NCBI GenBank assembly: GCA_944381185.1
Contig: CALWKE010000002.1
Coordinates: forward strand, 130,050-194,049
Length of the DNA stretch: 64,000 nucleotides
Reading direction: 5' to 3'
DNA from: an uncultured Clostridia bacterium
Lineage (GTDB): Bacteria; Bacillota; Clostridia; Christensenellales; UBA1242
The position numbers were made by a program, and so were the translations under genes. Of the stretch, positions 21,501 through 30,111 are shown one piece after another (position 1 is the first letter of the stretch; every line of letters starts with the position of its first letter). Below the pieces are notes generated by a model. It saw only the letters and a list, made by a program, of their open reading frames with translations, searched no databases and was not told where the DNA came from.

Positions 21501-23060
21501 TACAAAATTAATCTTGGTTCACTTTTAAATAGCAATTATGTTATCAATTTTACACCTGCTATTTATAAAATAAACAAAAGACCAATCATAATTACCGCTC
21601 AAAAATTATCAAAGGTTTATGGTGAAAAAGATAATTTAACATTTAATATAACAAATGAACTTGAAAGTGATAAATTAGAAATTGCACTTGTTCGTGAGCA
21701 GGGCGAAGATGTTGGAACATATCAAATTACAGGTTTTGTTGGAAATGTTGATAACTATGATGTTACATTTGTCTCTGCAACACTTGAAATAACAAAAAAA
21801 CCAATTTCACTTGTTATTAATAACATTCAAAAGAATTATGGCGAACTTGACCCTGAATTTGATTATGAATTTTTAGGATTACTTTCAAGTGAGGAAATCA
21901 CTGACTTAAACTATAAAATTTCAAGGGAAAGTGGAGAAAATGTTGGGGAATATTTGATTAATCTTGAATATTTTGAAAGTAAAAATTATTCTCTTGAAGA
22001 AGTTAAAACTGCAAATTTAATAGTTAATAAAGCAGATATAAACTTTGTGCTTTCAGATAAAACGGAAACATATTCAGGGAAGCCTGTTGTGTTTGATGAC
22101 ATTGATTTTGAATTTGATTTCACATTAAAATACACTTTTGCTGGTCTTGAAATTGAAGCCCCTGTTAATGCTGGAGAATATAAGGTTCAATTATTTTTTG
22201 AGGGTAATGAAAATTATAATGCGTTTTCATCAAATGTTGCAAATTTAGTTATAAACAAAAAGATGATACCAATAACATTAAAACAATCAGTTTTTGTTTA
22301 TAATGGCAATGAACAATCGCCAAAATTCGACATTAATCTTGATGAAAATGTTAATGTTGTTATTACCTATGCAGAAAATATTTCTCCAATTGAAATTGGT
22401 GAGTATGAATTTACAATTTCATCAAACGACCCAAATTATTACTCAAACTTTTCAGGTGTGCTTAAAATTGTTTCAGAGTTTTACACTGAAAACAGTTCAG
22501 GTAACGCATCAATTTCTTCAAGCAATGTAAGTTTTTCTAATTCAGATATTTCAATTTATGAAGACTTTGGTTCACCTCTTTTAAGTTCATTCAGTGCCTT
22601 TCGTGATGGAAGAAAATGTCTTTCAGTTTTTGCCTTTAAAGTTAATAACTTAAACATTGAAGAGGGCGAAGTTTTTACTATCAGAATAAAGGCCAACAAT
22701 TCTGGCAATGATGTCAAAATTTTTGCAGTTGATAAAAATGGAATAATGAAATCTTTGGCATATACTTACGAGAACGGCGAATATGTTATTTCACTTAATG
22801 ATTTATCGGCAAGTATTTTAATAACAGAAGCGGACACAATTATGATGTTTGCAAAATTAATTTTAACACTTGCTGTGCTTATTTTAAGTTATGCGATTGC
22901 AAAAATTGTTTTGAGAACAAAAAATAACAGATTTTTCAATAGAAACACAAAAGTTCATAAATTTAATGCTGAAGAAATTGAAAAACAAGCCGATATTGTT
23001 GCATCACGAGTTAAATTTGATGAGAGTGTTTCTATCGACGAATATTTATCAAAGCAATAA
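18501..23060 (+). CDS. giant membrane-anchored surface protein with Ig-like and MBG-type (YG...GE.VG.Y) repeats
   Basis: 1519 aa. Strong SD AAGGAGGAGG and a signal peptide. Two Ig-like modules (IDATDNASGIYKVEV, FYAVDEAGNESDPV). At least 6 repeats of the KVYGE.D....Y....L..GE.VG.Y.I type. C-terminal TM helix plus a short tail. Confidence 0.8.
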   Translation: MKTKLKTLIFSFLIAIASIGMFFGAEFDLNSTFAASPVSFLKNKRQSQTNEILVTNAVSNGTSTTYNLYSSLADLANFDYYTLTYKGLNADDNRLFHSVKNPAQGSDLKGNGQFVATLSFSKNMQVAANAGYILLDASANICSPDGGKIFFVSDSADDVIFDFYAYNDASSLSVSKSATVTSFNSTNKSLQLLANEISGQNFDKLALSFKSELQGVGVYNNLEVKNPLVIVSTTDNIKPSLSVSASNNWAKSRILTIDATDNASGIYKVEVKQDNGEFVTILDNSTDLVYSNSNNLEYEIASNGTYTFKVTDNVGNSFETQYIENKIDNEKPVIEVTLDEIFTSKTFNFSANFLSNVASPENYYYTYSLGDFVSEKIAFSTETNSFTATQNGKYTFTFYAVDEAGNESDPVIKTIYVDDMLYKVDVKGQFANVTESFEAYRSKNNKITFAPETDNDYFYKLLVNGEEVSLSAEQIESGEYSFDITSNMTIEVLFRKQISLDIQDEYEYSPNGLKVVYTSSESGEFDIVFEYYDETKTNKFASVSSVGTYIVCYKIDNDKFFGSGEQKILIIPKKVEIKNVKTEYEYSSTIQNLIFEKSDNIELVITFYQNEVATDFLNAGIYTYVISTNNTNYQVYETGNVTMLPHKIEVNVISNSFVYDGEEKQVEYSLDVLASGVVVEYTNSLGEKVIPQNAGEYDAKFSLNDKNYVLEYETKLIITKRKITVSVNSKTITYGEDIPEITYSISNELESEKLSFELNLSNLSINAGYYIITIIRQDDNVALGNYSVLYQDGYLQINKAKITIIPDEKQSKVYGEEDDVLTYSIVGKLFNDDKLIGELARDSGEDVGYYNITIGTLNNPNYELEVQNATYQIVKRVVVVQLNSYQKVYGELDPEFLINADKSSVLESDLLLFNNNITREQGENVGEYSITLKTENLQNYTILVTSAKFTILPKTIEVCANDVEVVFGESSNLSYTVSGLVGDDLLGGSLVREVGENVGEYKINLGSLLNSNYVINFTPAIYKINKRPIIITAQKLSKVYGEKDNLTFNITNELESDKLEIALVREQGEDVGTYQITGFVGNVDNYDVTFVSATLEITKKPISLVINNIQKNYGELDPEFDYEFLGLLSSEEITDLNYKISRESGENVGEYLINLEYFESKNYSLEEVKTANLIVNKADINFVLSDKTETYSGKPVVFDDIDFEFDFTLKYTFAGLEIEAPVNAGEYKVQLFFEGNENYNAFSSNVANLVINKKMIPITLKQSVFVYNGNEQSPKFDINLDENVNVVITYAENISPIEIGEYEFTISSNDPNYYSNFSGVLKIVSEFYTENSSGNASISSSNVSFSNSDISIYEDFGSPLLSSFSAFRDGRKCLSVFAFKVNNLNIEEGEVFTIRIKANNSGNDVKIFAVDKNGIMKSLAYTYENGEYVISLNDLSASILITEADTIMMFAKLILTLAVLILSYAIAKIVLRTKNNRFFNRNTKVHKFNAEEIEKQADIVASRVKFDESVSIDEYLSKQ

Positions 23061-23063
23061 TTA

Positions 23064-23092
23064 ATAAGGGTTATTAAACCCTTATTTTTTTA
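23064..23092 (+). terminator. intrinsic terminator
   Basis: Stem ATAAGGGTT/AACCCTTAT followed by a T-run. Confidence 0.8.
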
Positions 23093-23149
23093 TGCAAAAA
23101 TTTTGAATAACAAATTTTGTTTTGTCAATATTTGTTTTAGGGGGAATAT

Positions 23150-23758
23150 ATGAATTTTAATGAAAGTTTAACAAAACAAAATTTAGCAAAATCTTTTGCC
23201 GCTGAATGTCAAGCGGGAGCAAGGTATCAATTTATGGCAACACAGGCTCAATTGAGCAAATTATTTTTTATAAAAGACACAATGAAAATGATTGCTAAAA
23301 ATGAAATGGCTCATGCAAAACTTTTTTATGATTACATTGTTGAGAAATGTGGCGAAAAGTGCAAGGTTGAATTTGATGCAGATTATCCGTATGTAAGTCC
23401 AATGCTTGATGTGAGTCTTAAAACTGAAGAAAAAATTGAGCGTGAAGAGTTTGAGACAATATATCCTGAATTTGCTAAAATTGCAAAAGATGAGGGATTT
23501 GCCGATATTGCGAAGAGTTTTGAATTGGTTGCAAAAGTTGAAAAAACTCATTCAGCAATTTTAAATTGCATAAGCAAGAACTATGATAACAAGTCGCTTT
23601 ATAAATATAAAGGCAAATCACTTGTTAAATGTTCAAACTGTGGTCATATTGATTATTTAACCGAAGGTTGGCAAAAGTGTCCACTTTGTAACTTGGAGCA
23701 AGGCTATATTGAATTAAATTTCACTGAAGCCATTGAAGGTGCCACAAAAAACGAATAA
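23150..23758 (+). CDS. rbr: rubrerythrin
   Basis: Ferritin-like diiron ligands (ExxH twice: NEMAH, VEKTH) plus a C-terminal rubredoxin-like CSNCG...CPLC. Confidence 0.9.
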   Translation: MNFNESLTKQNLAKSFAAECQAGARYQFMATQAQLSKLFFIKDTMKMIAKNEMAHAKLFYDYIVEKCGEKCKVEFDADYPYVSPMLDVSLKTEEKIEREEFETIYPEFAKIAKDEGFADIAKSFELVAKVEKTHSAILNCISKNYDNKSLYKYKGKSLVKCSNCGHIDYLTEGWQKCPLCNLEQGYIELNFTEAIEGATKNE

Positions 23759-23770
23759 AAATTACATTTT

Positions 23771-23796
23771 AGCCAATTTAATGTTGGCTTTTTTAT
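23771..23796 (+). terminator. intrinsic terminator
   Basis: Stem AGCCAA/TTGGCT followed by a T-run. Confidence 0.75.
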
Positions 23797-23814
23797 TTAG
23801 TTAAAAGTAATTTC

Positions 23815-23844
23815 TTTACACTTATTTATTTTTTGTGCTAATAT
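23815..23844 (+). promoter_or_regulatory. promoter of nrnA with a very short leader
   Basis: TTTACA, 18 nt, TGcTAATAT, then 9 nt to ATG 23854. No SD. Confidence 0.4.
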
Positions 23845-23853
23845 ATTTGTATA

Positions 23854-24825
23854 ATGGATAAAAGTATAAAAAGTCTAAATAGTTCACTAAAAAATGCTAG
23901 AAAAATAGCACTTTTTTCTCATGAAAACCCTGACCCCGACACAGTTGGTTCAACAGTGGCACTATCAAATGCTTTAACAAAAATAGGAAAAAATGTGTCA
24001 TTATTTTGTGAAACAGAAGTTTCAGGAAATTATTTATTTTTAACAGAAACAGAAAATTATAATAGAGATGAGTTTTTACCTGAAAATTTTGATGTGGTTA
24101 TTGCTGTTGATGTTGCCACATCAAAAATGATTGGAAGATATGAAGATGATTTTTTAAAGCATCAAAACTCGTTTAGAATTGACCACCATATTGGTGGAGA
24201 TAATTTTGCAAAAACAAATATTGTTTTAAAAACTTCTGCCTGTGCAAATTTGATATATTATATTTTAAAGTTATTTAAAATAAATATTGATGAAAGCATT
24301 GCAACCCCATTATTTTTAGGGCTTTGCGGTGACACTGGAATATTTAGAAACAATGGAACTGATAGTGAAAGTTTTGAAATTGCGTCAAAACTAACAACTA
24401 GCGGAGCAAATATAAGGCGAGTCTACGATGAATTTTTTGATAAAAAAACCGTAAGTGTAGTAAAAATGACATCAAATTCACTTCTAAATGCTGAAGTTGA
24501 TGATAATTTTAAATTTGCGATATTAACTGCAACCGCTGAAAATTATAAAAAATTCAACATTCCTAATAATGATAATCTTGGTAATTTGCCATTAACATAT
24601 CTTTCATGCGGATATAATATTGCAGTAATTTTAAAAGAAAAAGAAGATGGCATTCATTGCAGTTTTAGGTCAAAACCTGATTTTGATGTTTCATGTATTG
24701 CATCAAAGTTTGGTGGTGGTGGGCATAAAAATGCATCGGGTTGCAAATTAGATTGCAGTTTGGTTGATGCAAAAAAGCAAGTTATCAAAGAGATTAAAAA
24801 TTATTTAAAGTCAAATGAAAATTAA
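23854..24825 (+). CDS. nrnA: DHH-family phosphoesterase (NrnA-like oligoribonuclease/pAp phosphatase)
   Basis: HENPDPDTVGS, IDHH, and DHHA1 motif GGGGHKNASG. Confidence 0.85.
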   Translation: MDKSIKSLNSSLKNARKIALFSHENPDPDTVGSTVALSNALTKIGKNVSLFCETEVSGNYLFLTETENYNRDEFLPENFDVVIAVDVATSKMIGRYEDDFLKHQNSFRIDHHIGGDNFAKTNIVLKTSACANLIYYILKLFKINIDESIATPLFLGLCGDTGIFRNNGTDSESFEIASKLTTSGANIRRVYDEFFDKKTVSVVKMTSNSLLNAEVDDNFKFAILTATAENYKKFNIPNNDNLGNLPLTYLSCGYNIAVILKEKEDGIHCSFRSKPDFDVSCIASKFGGGGHKNASGCKLDCSLVDAKKQVIKEIKNYLKSNEN

Positions 24826-24840
24826 TAAAGAGGTGATATT

Positions 24841-26523
24841 ATGTTAACAGACATTGAAATTGCTCAAAATTCAAAACTTTTGCCAATTGAAGAAATTGCG
24901 GTTAAATTAAATATTGCCGAAGCCGATATTGACCACTATGGCAAATACATCGCAAAAGTTAATAACTATCAAAAATACACTCAAAAAGGTAAAAAGGGTA
25001 AACTTGTTTTGGTTACAGCAATGAGTCCAACAAAGTTTGGTATTGGCAAAACAACAGTTTCAATTGGTCTTGCTGATGCATTAAATATGTTGGGCAAGAA
25101 TGCCTGCCTTGCACTTCGTGAACCTTCGCTTGGACCTGTTTTTGGAGTTAAAGGTGGTGCAGCTGGTGGTGGTTATTCACAAGTTCTTCCAATGGAAGAC
25201 ATTAATTTGAGTTTTACAGGCGATTTTGATGCAATAACCGCTGCAAATAACTTGCTTTCAGCAATGATTGATAACCATATTTATTTTGGAAATTCTTTAA
25301 ATATTGATCCAGACAAAATTTTGTTCCACAGGTGTCTTGATGTGAACGACCGTTCGCTTCGAGATGTTACATATTATATTGGTGGCAAAGATAAAAATGG
25401 CAAAAAACAAAATGTGAAACGAACAGACCATTTTTCAATAACTGCAGCAAGTGAAATTATGGCAATTTGTTGTTTAGCAAAAGATAGTGAAGATTTAAAA
25501 GAGCGACTTGGAAACATTATGGTTGCGGAATCTTTTGACGGCAAGCCTGTTTATGCAAAAGAACTTAAGGCTGAAGGAAGCATGGCAACGCTTTTGCGTC
25601 ATGCACTTTCACCAAACTTGGTTCAAACCATTGCTCACACGCCTGCATTTGTTCATCTTGGGCCATTTGCCAATATTGCACATGGTTGTAACAGTGTTAT
25701 TGCAACCAAACTTGCACTTTCAGTTGCAGATATTGCCGTCACCGAAGCAGGTTTTGGCAGTGACCTTGGTGCTGAAAAGTTTTTAGATTTAAAATGTAGG
25801 CTTAATAATTTAAGCCCTAATGTTGTTGTTTTAGTCAGCACAATTCGTGGTTTAAAATTCCATGGCGGAAGTGAAAATGAAGAAAATAAAGGCAAAAGTG
25901 AACTTGACTTTGTTGAAAGTGGACTTGAAAATCTTTATCATCATATTGATACATTAAAAAACACTTTTGGTGCCAATGTTGTTGTAACAATAAACAAATT
26001 TTTAACAGATACTGATGATGAGATTAATCTTGTTATATCAAAACTAAAAGACCGAGGTGTTGATGCGGTTGTTAATGAATGTTATGCAAAAGGTGGAGCG
26101 GGCACACTTGACCTTGCAAATGCCGTTTTGAAAAATATGACTACTAAAGAAATTTCTTTTGCATATAATTTAGAAGATAGTGTTGAAAAGAAAATTGAAG
26201 ATATCGTTAAAAATGTTTATGGTGGACTTGGTGCAGATTTTTCAGATTTAGCAAAGGAAAAAATAGATTTTATAAATAAAATTGGATATTCTAATCTTCC
26301 TGTAATAATAGCAAAAACGCAATTTAGTTTATCTGATGATAAAGATAAAATAGGAAGACCATCAAACTTCAAAATTTTTATTCGTGATATAGAAATTAAA
26401 ACAGGTGCTGGATTTATTGTTGCTATTGCAGGTGACATGATGCTTATGCCGGGGCTTTCAAAAATTCCAAATGCTGAAAAAATTGATATTGATAAAAATG
26501 GAATTATAACTGGTTTGTCATAA
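24841..26523 (+). CDS. fhs: formate--tetrahydrofolate ligase
   Basis: Full-length FTHFS (PTKFGIGKTTVSIGL, EPSLGPVFGVKGGAAGGGYSQV). 560 aa. Confidence 0.96.
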   Translation: MLTDIEIAQNSKLLPIEEIAVKLNIAEADIDHYGKYIAKVNNYQKYTQKGKKGKLVLVTAMSPTKFGIGKTTVSIGLADALNMLGKNACLALREPSLGPVFGVKGGAAGGGYSQVLPMEDINLSFTGDFDAITAANNLLSAMIDNHIYFGNSLNIDPDKILFHRCLDVNDRSLRDVTYYIGGKDKNGKKQNVKRTDHFSITAASEIMAICCLAKDSEDLKERLGNIMVAESFDGKPVYAKELKAEGSMATLLRHALSPNLVQTIAHTPAFVHLGPFANIAHGCNSVIATKLALSVADIAVTEAGFGSDLGAEKFLDLKCRLNNLSPNVVVLVSTIRGLKFHGGSENEENKGKSELDFVESGLENLYHHIDTLKNTFGANVVVTINKFLTDTDDEINLVISKLKDRGVDAVVNECYAKGGAGTLDLANAVLKNMTTKEISFAYNLEDSVEKKIEDIVKNVYGGLGADFSDLAKEKIDFINKIGYSNLPVIIAKTQFSLSDDKDKIGRPSNFKIFIRDIEIKTGAGFIVAIAGDMMLMPGLSKIPNAEKIDIDKNGIITGLS

Positions 26524-26533
26524 GGGGGCTTAT

Positions 26534-28276
26534 ATGGATAGCAAAAAATTTAGTATTATAACATTAATAGTTGCTGTTATCATGTGTGTGGCATCAATAG
26601 CAATCTCTCTTACTAATGGTGGCAAAGACGGGATTAATGGCAAAAGTGCTTATGAGCAAGCAGTTGATAATGGCTACACAGGCACAGTTACTGAATGGCT
26701 TAAAAGTTTAAATGGAAGTGACGGCGAAAGTGTGGAACTTGAAGACCTTTACAATGCTTATTTGTCAGAAAATAATCTTACAACAACTGAGTATACTTAT
26801 AGTGAATTTATAACAGAATATTTTTCAAATTTAGTTGCCGATAGTGAAGAAACCACATCTCTCACCGAACTTGCAACTCAATCAGCACTTCGTTCAACAG
26901 TTGATATTCTATATTCATTTTATCTTAATGACCCAATAATCTATGTTTCTTCGGGCACACTTAACAGCACTGGTGAGCAAGTTTATATTATTGATGAAAA
27001 CAATAATGAAAGATATGCGTCAATTGGTGTTTCTGCGGGTTCAGGTGTTATATATAAAATGGATAATGACACCGCTTACATAATCACAAACTATCATGTT
27101 GTCTATGCGAATAATTACACAAATGATTCTGATTATAGAGTTTATTATAATTCTTCAACAAATGAGTATTTCACAGCAACATATGATGAAAGTATGATAA
27201 AAACAACCACAACAGGAAGTTGGTGGGGTGGAATTTCAAATGCAAGATATATTCAAGCTTCAAGCATAGAAGAAGCACCAATTTATACACATTTTTTAGA
27301 TACCTACGAAATTTATCTCAATGGTTATCAATCTGCTGAATACGCAATTTCTGCAACATTTGTTGGTGGTTCTGCTGATAATGACATAGCTGTTTTAAAA
27401 GTTGAAAAAGATGCTTCACCTAATAATGAAATTATGTTTAATGGCAATTATAAGGCGGCTGATATTGGTGACAGCAGCAGTCTTGCAGTTGGTGAAGGAA
27501 TTCTTGCAGTTGGCAACCCACTTTTAGCGGACACATCAAGTGTAAGTGATGAGCAAAATGTTGATGAATATGTTAATGACATAAAAAATACTTATGTTGA
27601 TGCCCTTTGCTTAACTTCAACTGATGGTGTTGTTAGCAACCTTTCAGAATATTGCAACTTTGAATCAATCATAGACAGCAGTGAAATTGTTAAACTACGC
27701 CTTATTAGGGTTTCATCTGCAATAAATGCTGGCAATTCTGGCGGTGGGCTTTATGACCTTAATGGCAGGCTTGTTGGAATTGTTAATGGTAAAATTGAAA
27801 GTTCAAGTTATGATAATGTGGGTTATGCAATTCCAATAAATATAGCCTCAAGGCTTGCTGATAAAATTATTGCCGAGTGCGATGATGGTAATCCAGAAAC
27901 AACACAGGTTAAAATTATTAATTCTGAAAGTTTAGGTTTGACCCTTTCAGTGAGCACGAGAAATGCTGTTTATGATTCAAATGAATTAACTTGGAAGATC
28001 ACAAACTCTGTTGTTGTTGAAGATGTTAGTCCACTATCTTTAGCTGAAAATGCCGGCATTAAAGTTGGAGACGTTATTGAAAGCGTGACAATTAATGGCA
28101 TAGTTTATGAACTTAACTATGATTATGAACTAAATGACTTGTTATTAAAAGTTATCTATAACAGCAGTGATAATTATTCAATTAAATTTAACATAAGTAG
28201 AACAGAAAATGAATCTTTAACCAATTTAGATATAACATTAAATTTAACAAATTCAAATTTTGTTTCTATAAATTAA
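26534..28276 (+). CDS. membrane-anchored trypsin-like serine protease (S1C/HtrA-like) with C-terminal PDZ-like region
   Basis: N-terminal TM helix. Catalytic triad context ITNYHVV, DNDIAVLKV, NAGNSGGGLYD. Confidence 0.8.
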   Translation: MDSKKFSIITLIVAVIMCVASIAISLTNGGKDGINGKSAYEQAVDNGYTGTVTEWLKSLNGSDGESVELEDLYNAYLSENNLTTTEYTYSEFITEYFSNLVADSEETTSLTELATQSALRSTVDILYSFYLNDPIIYVSSGTLNSTGEQVYIIDENNNERYASIGVSAGSGVIYKMDNDTAYIITNYHVVYANNYTNDSDYRVYYNSSTNEYFTATYDESMIKTTTTGSWWGGISNARYIQASSIEEAPIYTHFLDTYEIYLNGYQSAEYAISATFVGGSADNDIAVLKVEKDASPNNEIMFNGNYKAADIGDSSSLAVGEGILAVGNPLLADTSSVSDEQNVDEYVNDIKNTYVDALCLTSTDGVVSNLSEYCNFESIIDSSEIVKLRLIRVSSAINAGNSGGGLYDLNGRLVGIVNGKIESSSYDNVGYAIPINIASRLADKIIAECDDGNPETTQVKIINSESLGLTLSVSTRNAVYDSNELTWKITNSVVVEDVSPLSLAENAGIKVGDVIESVTINGIVYELNYDYELNDLLLKVIYNSSDNYSIKFNISRTENESLTNLDITLNLTNSNFVSIN

Positions 28277-28293
28277 TAAGTTTTAATGGCTGT

Positions 28294-28322
28294 AAGACCT
28301 CAATTTTGGGGTCTTTTTTTTA
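28294..28322 (+). terminator. intrinsic terminator
   Basis: Stem AGACC(T)CAA/TTGGGGTCT followed by a T-run. Confidence 0.75.
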
Positions 28323-28441
28323 TTTGAAAAATTTCCGCTAAAGAGTGACAAAAAACACATCAAATAAACATTATGTCTAATTTTTTGCGAGATTAGATCA
28401 ACAAAAATTATGCTATTATTTTCGTGTGAGGAGGAAACTTT

Positions 28442-28753
28442 ATGGAAATAAAATATAGCCAAACGAGTGAAAGTATATGTGCTGAACTTTCAGGTGAACT
28501 TGATGAGTGTTCTGCTGAATATGTGAGAATAACTCTTGATAACTTGTTAAAAAACCTTCCATCAACAAAAACAAAACTTATACTAGATTTTTCCAAAGTT
28601 TCTTTTATGGATAGCACAGGTATTGGTGTGCTTCTTGGAAGGTATAACAAGTTTTCAAAATTTGATATAGGCATGTATATAAAAAATCCAACTTCGTATG
28701 TTAACAGAATTTTTGAAATGACAGGGATATATCAAATTATCCCAAAAGTTTAA
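28442..28753 (+). CDS. spoIIAA: anti-sigma F factor antagonist SpoIIAA (STAS domain)
   Basis: 103 aa, phosphorylatable Ser in SFMDSTGIG. GAGGAGG SD. First gene of the spoIIA operon. Confidence 0.92.
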   Translation: MEIKYSQTSESICAELSGELDECSAEYVRITLDNLLKNLPSTKTKLILDFSKVSFMDSTGIGVLLGRYNKFSKFDIGMYIKNPTSYVNRIFEMTGIYQIIPKV

Positions 28754-28767
28754 TAGGAGGAGCATAA

Positions 28768-29193
28768 ATGGAAAATGATAACTATTTCAAACTTGAGTTT
28801 GAAGCAAAAAATGTGAATGAGAGTTTTGCTAGGGGTGTTGTTGCTCTTTTTTGCACAGAACTTGAGCCATCACTTTCAGAGATAAATGATATAAAAACTG
28901 CTGTAAGTGAAGCCGTAACAAACTCTGTTGTTCATGGCTATAATAACAAAGGAGGGAAAATTGTTCTTGAAGTAAAAATTATTAATCGAACTATTGACAT
29001 TGTTGTAACTGATTTTGGTGTTGGCATAAGTGATATTGAAATGGCTCTTCAACCATTCTACACAACAAAGTCTGATGAAGAACATTCAGGTATGGGCTTC
29101 ACATTAATGGATTCATTTATGAATAAACTTGAAGTAAAAAAGAACACACCATCAGGACTAATTGTTCATATGCAAAAGGTTATAAAGGAATAG
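28768..29193 (+). CDS. spoIIAB: anti-sigma F factor SpoIIAB (serine protein kinase)
   Basis: HATPase_c motifs EAVTNSVVHG, DFGVGI, GMGF. 141 aa. Confidence 0.93.
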   Translation: MENDNYFKLEFEAKNVNESFARGVVALFCTELEPSLSEINDIKTAVSEAVTNSVVHGYNNKGGKIVLEVKIINRTIDIVVTDFGVGISDIEMALQPFYTTKSDEEHSGMGFTLMDSFMNKLEVKKNTPSGLIVHMQKVIKE

Positions 29194-29196
29194 TTC

Positions 29197-29940
29197 ATGA
29201 ACGAATATAAACCTATTGACCAAGAAAAAACAAATGAACTGATAGTTCGCTCTAATAATGGCGACGCAGAGGCAACTGAAATTCTTGTTAGTGGAAACTT
29301 TCCTTTGATTAAAGCAGTTGTTAAAGGTTATCTTAATAAAGGGGTTGAGTATGATGACCTTTATCAAATTGGTTGTGTTGGTTTTTTGAAAGCAATAAAG
29401 AATTTTAACCCAAACTTTGATGTGAAATTTTCAACCTATGCCGTTCCAATGATTTCTGGCGAAATAAAAAGATATCTTCGCGATGACGGAAGCATAAAAG
29501 TTTCACGATCAATTAAATCACTTGCAATAAAAATCAAAGCATTTATTGATAAAGAAAAAAACAAATCGGGTGAAACGCCAACAATTGATGAAATTGCAAA
29601 ATTTTTTGATGTTGAAAAAGAAGATGTTGTTATTGCACTTGATTCATGTCAACAAATGGTGTCGCTTCAAGCAAAAATTGATGAAGACGACCCAAACAGT
29701 CAAAATGTGCTTGATAAACTTATTTGTCAAGATAAAAGTGATGATATGCTTGATAAACTTATTTTAAAAGATGAAATTGCCTCTCTTCCTGAAAAGGAAA
29801 AGAAGATAATTTTGCTTCGATATTATCGTGGAAAAACACAAGGAGAAGTTGCCGAACTTTTAGATATTTCACAAGTTCAAGTTTCAAGAATTGAATCAAA
29901 AATAATAGAACAATTAAGAAATAAATTAAAACAGCAGTAA
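29197..29940 (+). CDS. sigF: RNA polymerase sporulation sigma factor SigF
   Basis: Sigma-70 regions 2-4 (YDDLYQIGCVGFLKAIKNF, YLRDDGSIKVSRS, TQGEVAELLDISQVQVSRIE). Operon position after spoIIAB. Confidence 0.92.
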   Translation: MNEYKPIDQEKTNELIVRSNNGDAEATEILVSGNFPLIKAVVKGYLNKGVEYDDLYQIGCVGFLKAIKNFNPNFDVKFSTYAVPMISGEIKRYLRDDGSIKVSRSIKSLAIKIKAFIDKEKNKSGETPTIDEIAKFFDVEKEDVVIALDSCQQMVSLQAKIDEDDPNSQNVLDKLICQDKSDDMLDKLILKDEIASLPEKEKKIILLRYYRGKTQGEVAELLDISQVQVSRIESKIIEQLRNKLKQQ

Positions 29941-29954
29941 ATTCTGCTGTTTTG
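29931..29954 (+). terminator. intrinsic terminator overlapping the sigF stop
   Basis: Stem ACAGCAG/CTGCTGT followed by TTTT. Confidence 0.7.
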
Positions 29955-30016
29955 TCATAATTAAAAAAATCACTAAATATTAATATAGTAAGGTTAAAAA
30001 GTTAGGTCATGTGATA

Positions 30017-30043
30017 ATATTCGACAAATTAGAACCATTATAT
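30017..30043 (+). promoter_or_regulatory. candidate sporulation (SigE-like) promoter upstream of the deacetylase gene
   Basis: ATATT, 14 nt, CATTATAT resembles the remembered SigE pattern ATATT-14-CATACAnT. TTCGACAAA (30020..30028) also matches the Spo0A box complement. Confidence 0.25.
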
Positions 30044-30111
30044 ACAATTTAATAAATTAAACTTTTTGTAAAAAACCTAAAAAACTTATTAAAATAGAGA
30101 GGTAATTTGTA

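Noticed and set aside
28321-28441. SigH promoter and Spo0A boxes upstream of spoIIAA
   Set aside because: GTGACAAA (28345) is a one-mismatch 0A-box complement, but I could not find a convincing SigH -35/-10 pair, so the evidence is too weak to report as a feature.
28408-28674. 88-aa minus-strand ORF overlapping spoIIAA
   Set aside because: It is antisense to a confidently identified gene, has no SD and has odd composition. The same reasoning applies to other antisense or alternate-frame track ORFs, for example 10803..11129, 23261..23551, 52589..52990, 58119..58472, 59731..60021 and 63074..63283.
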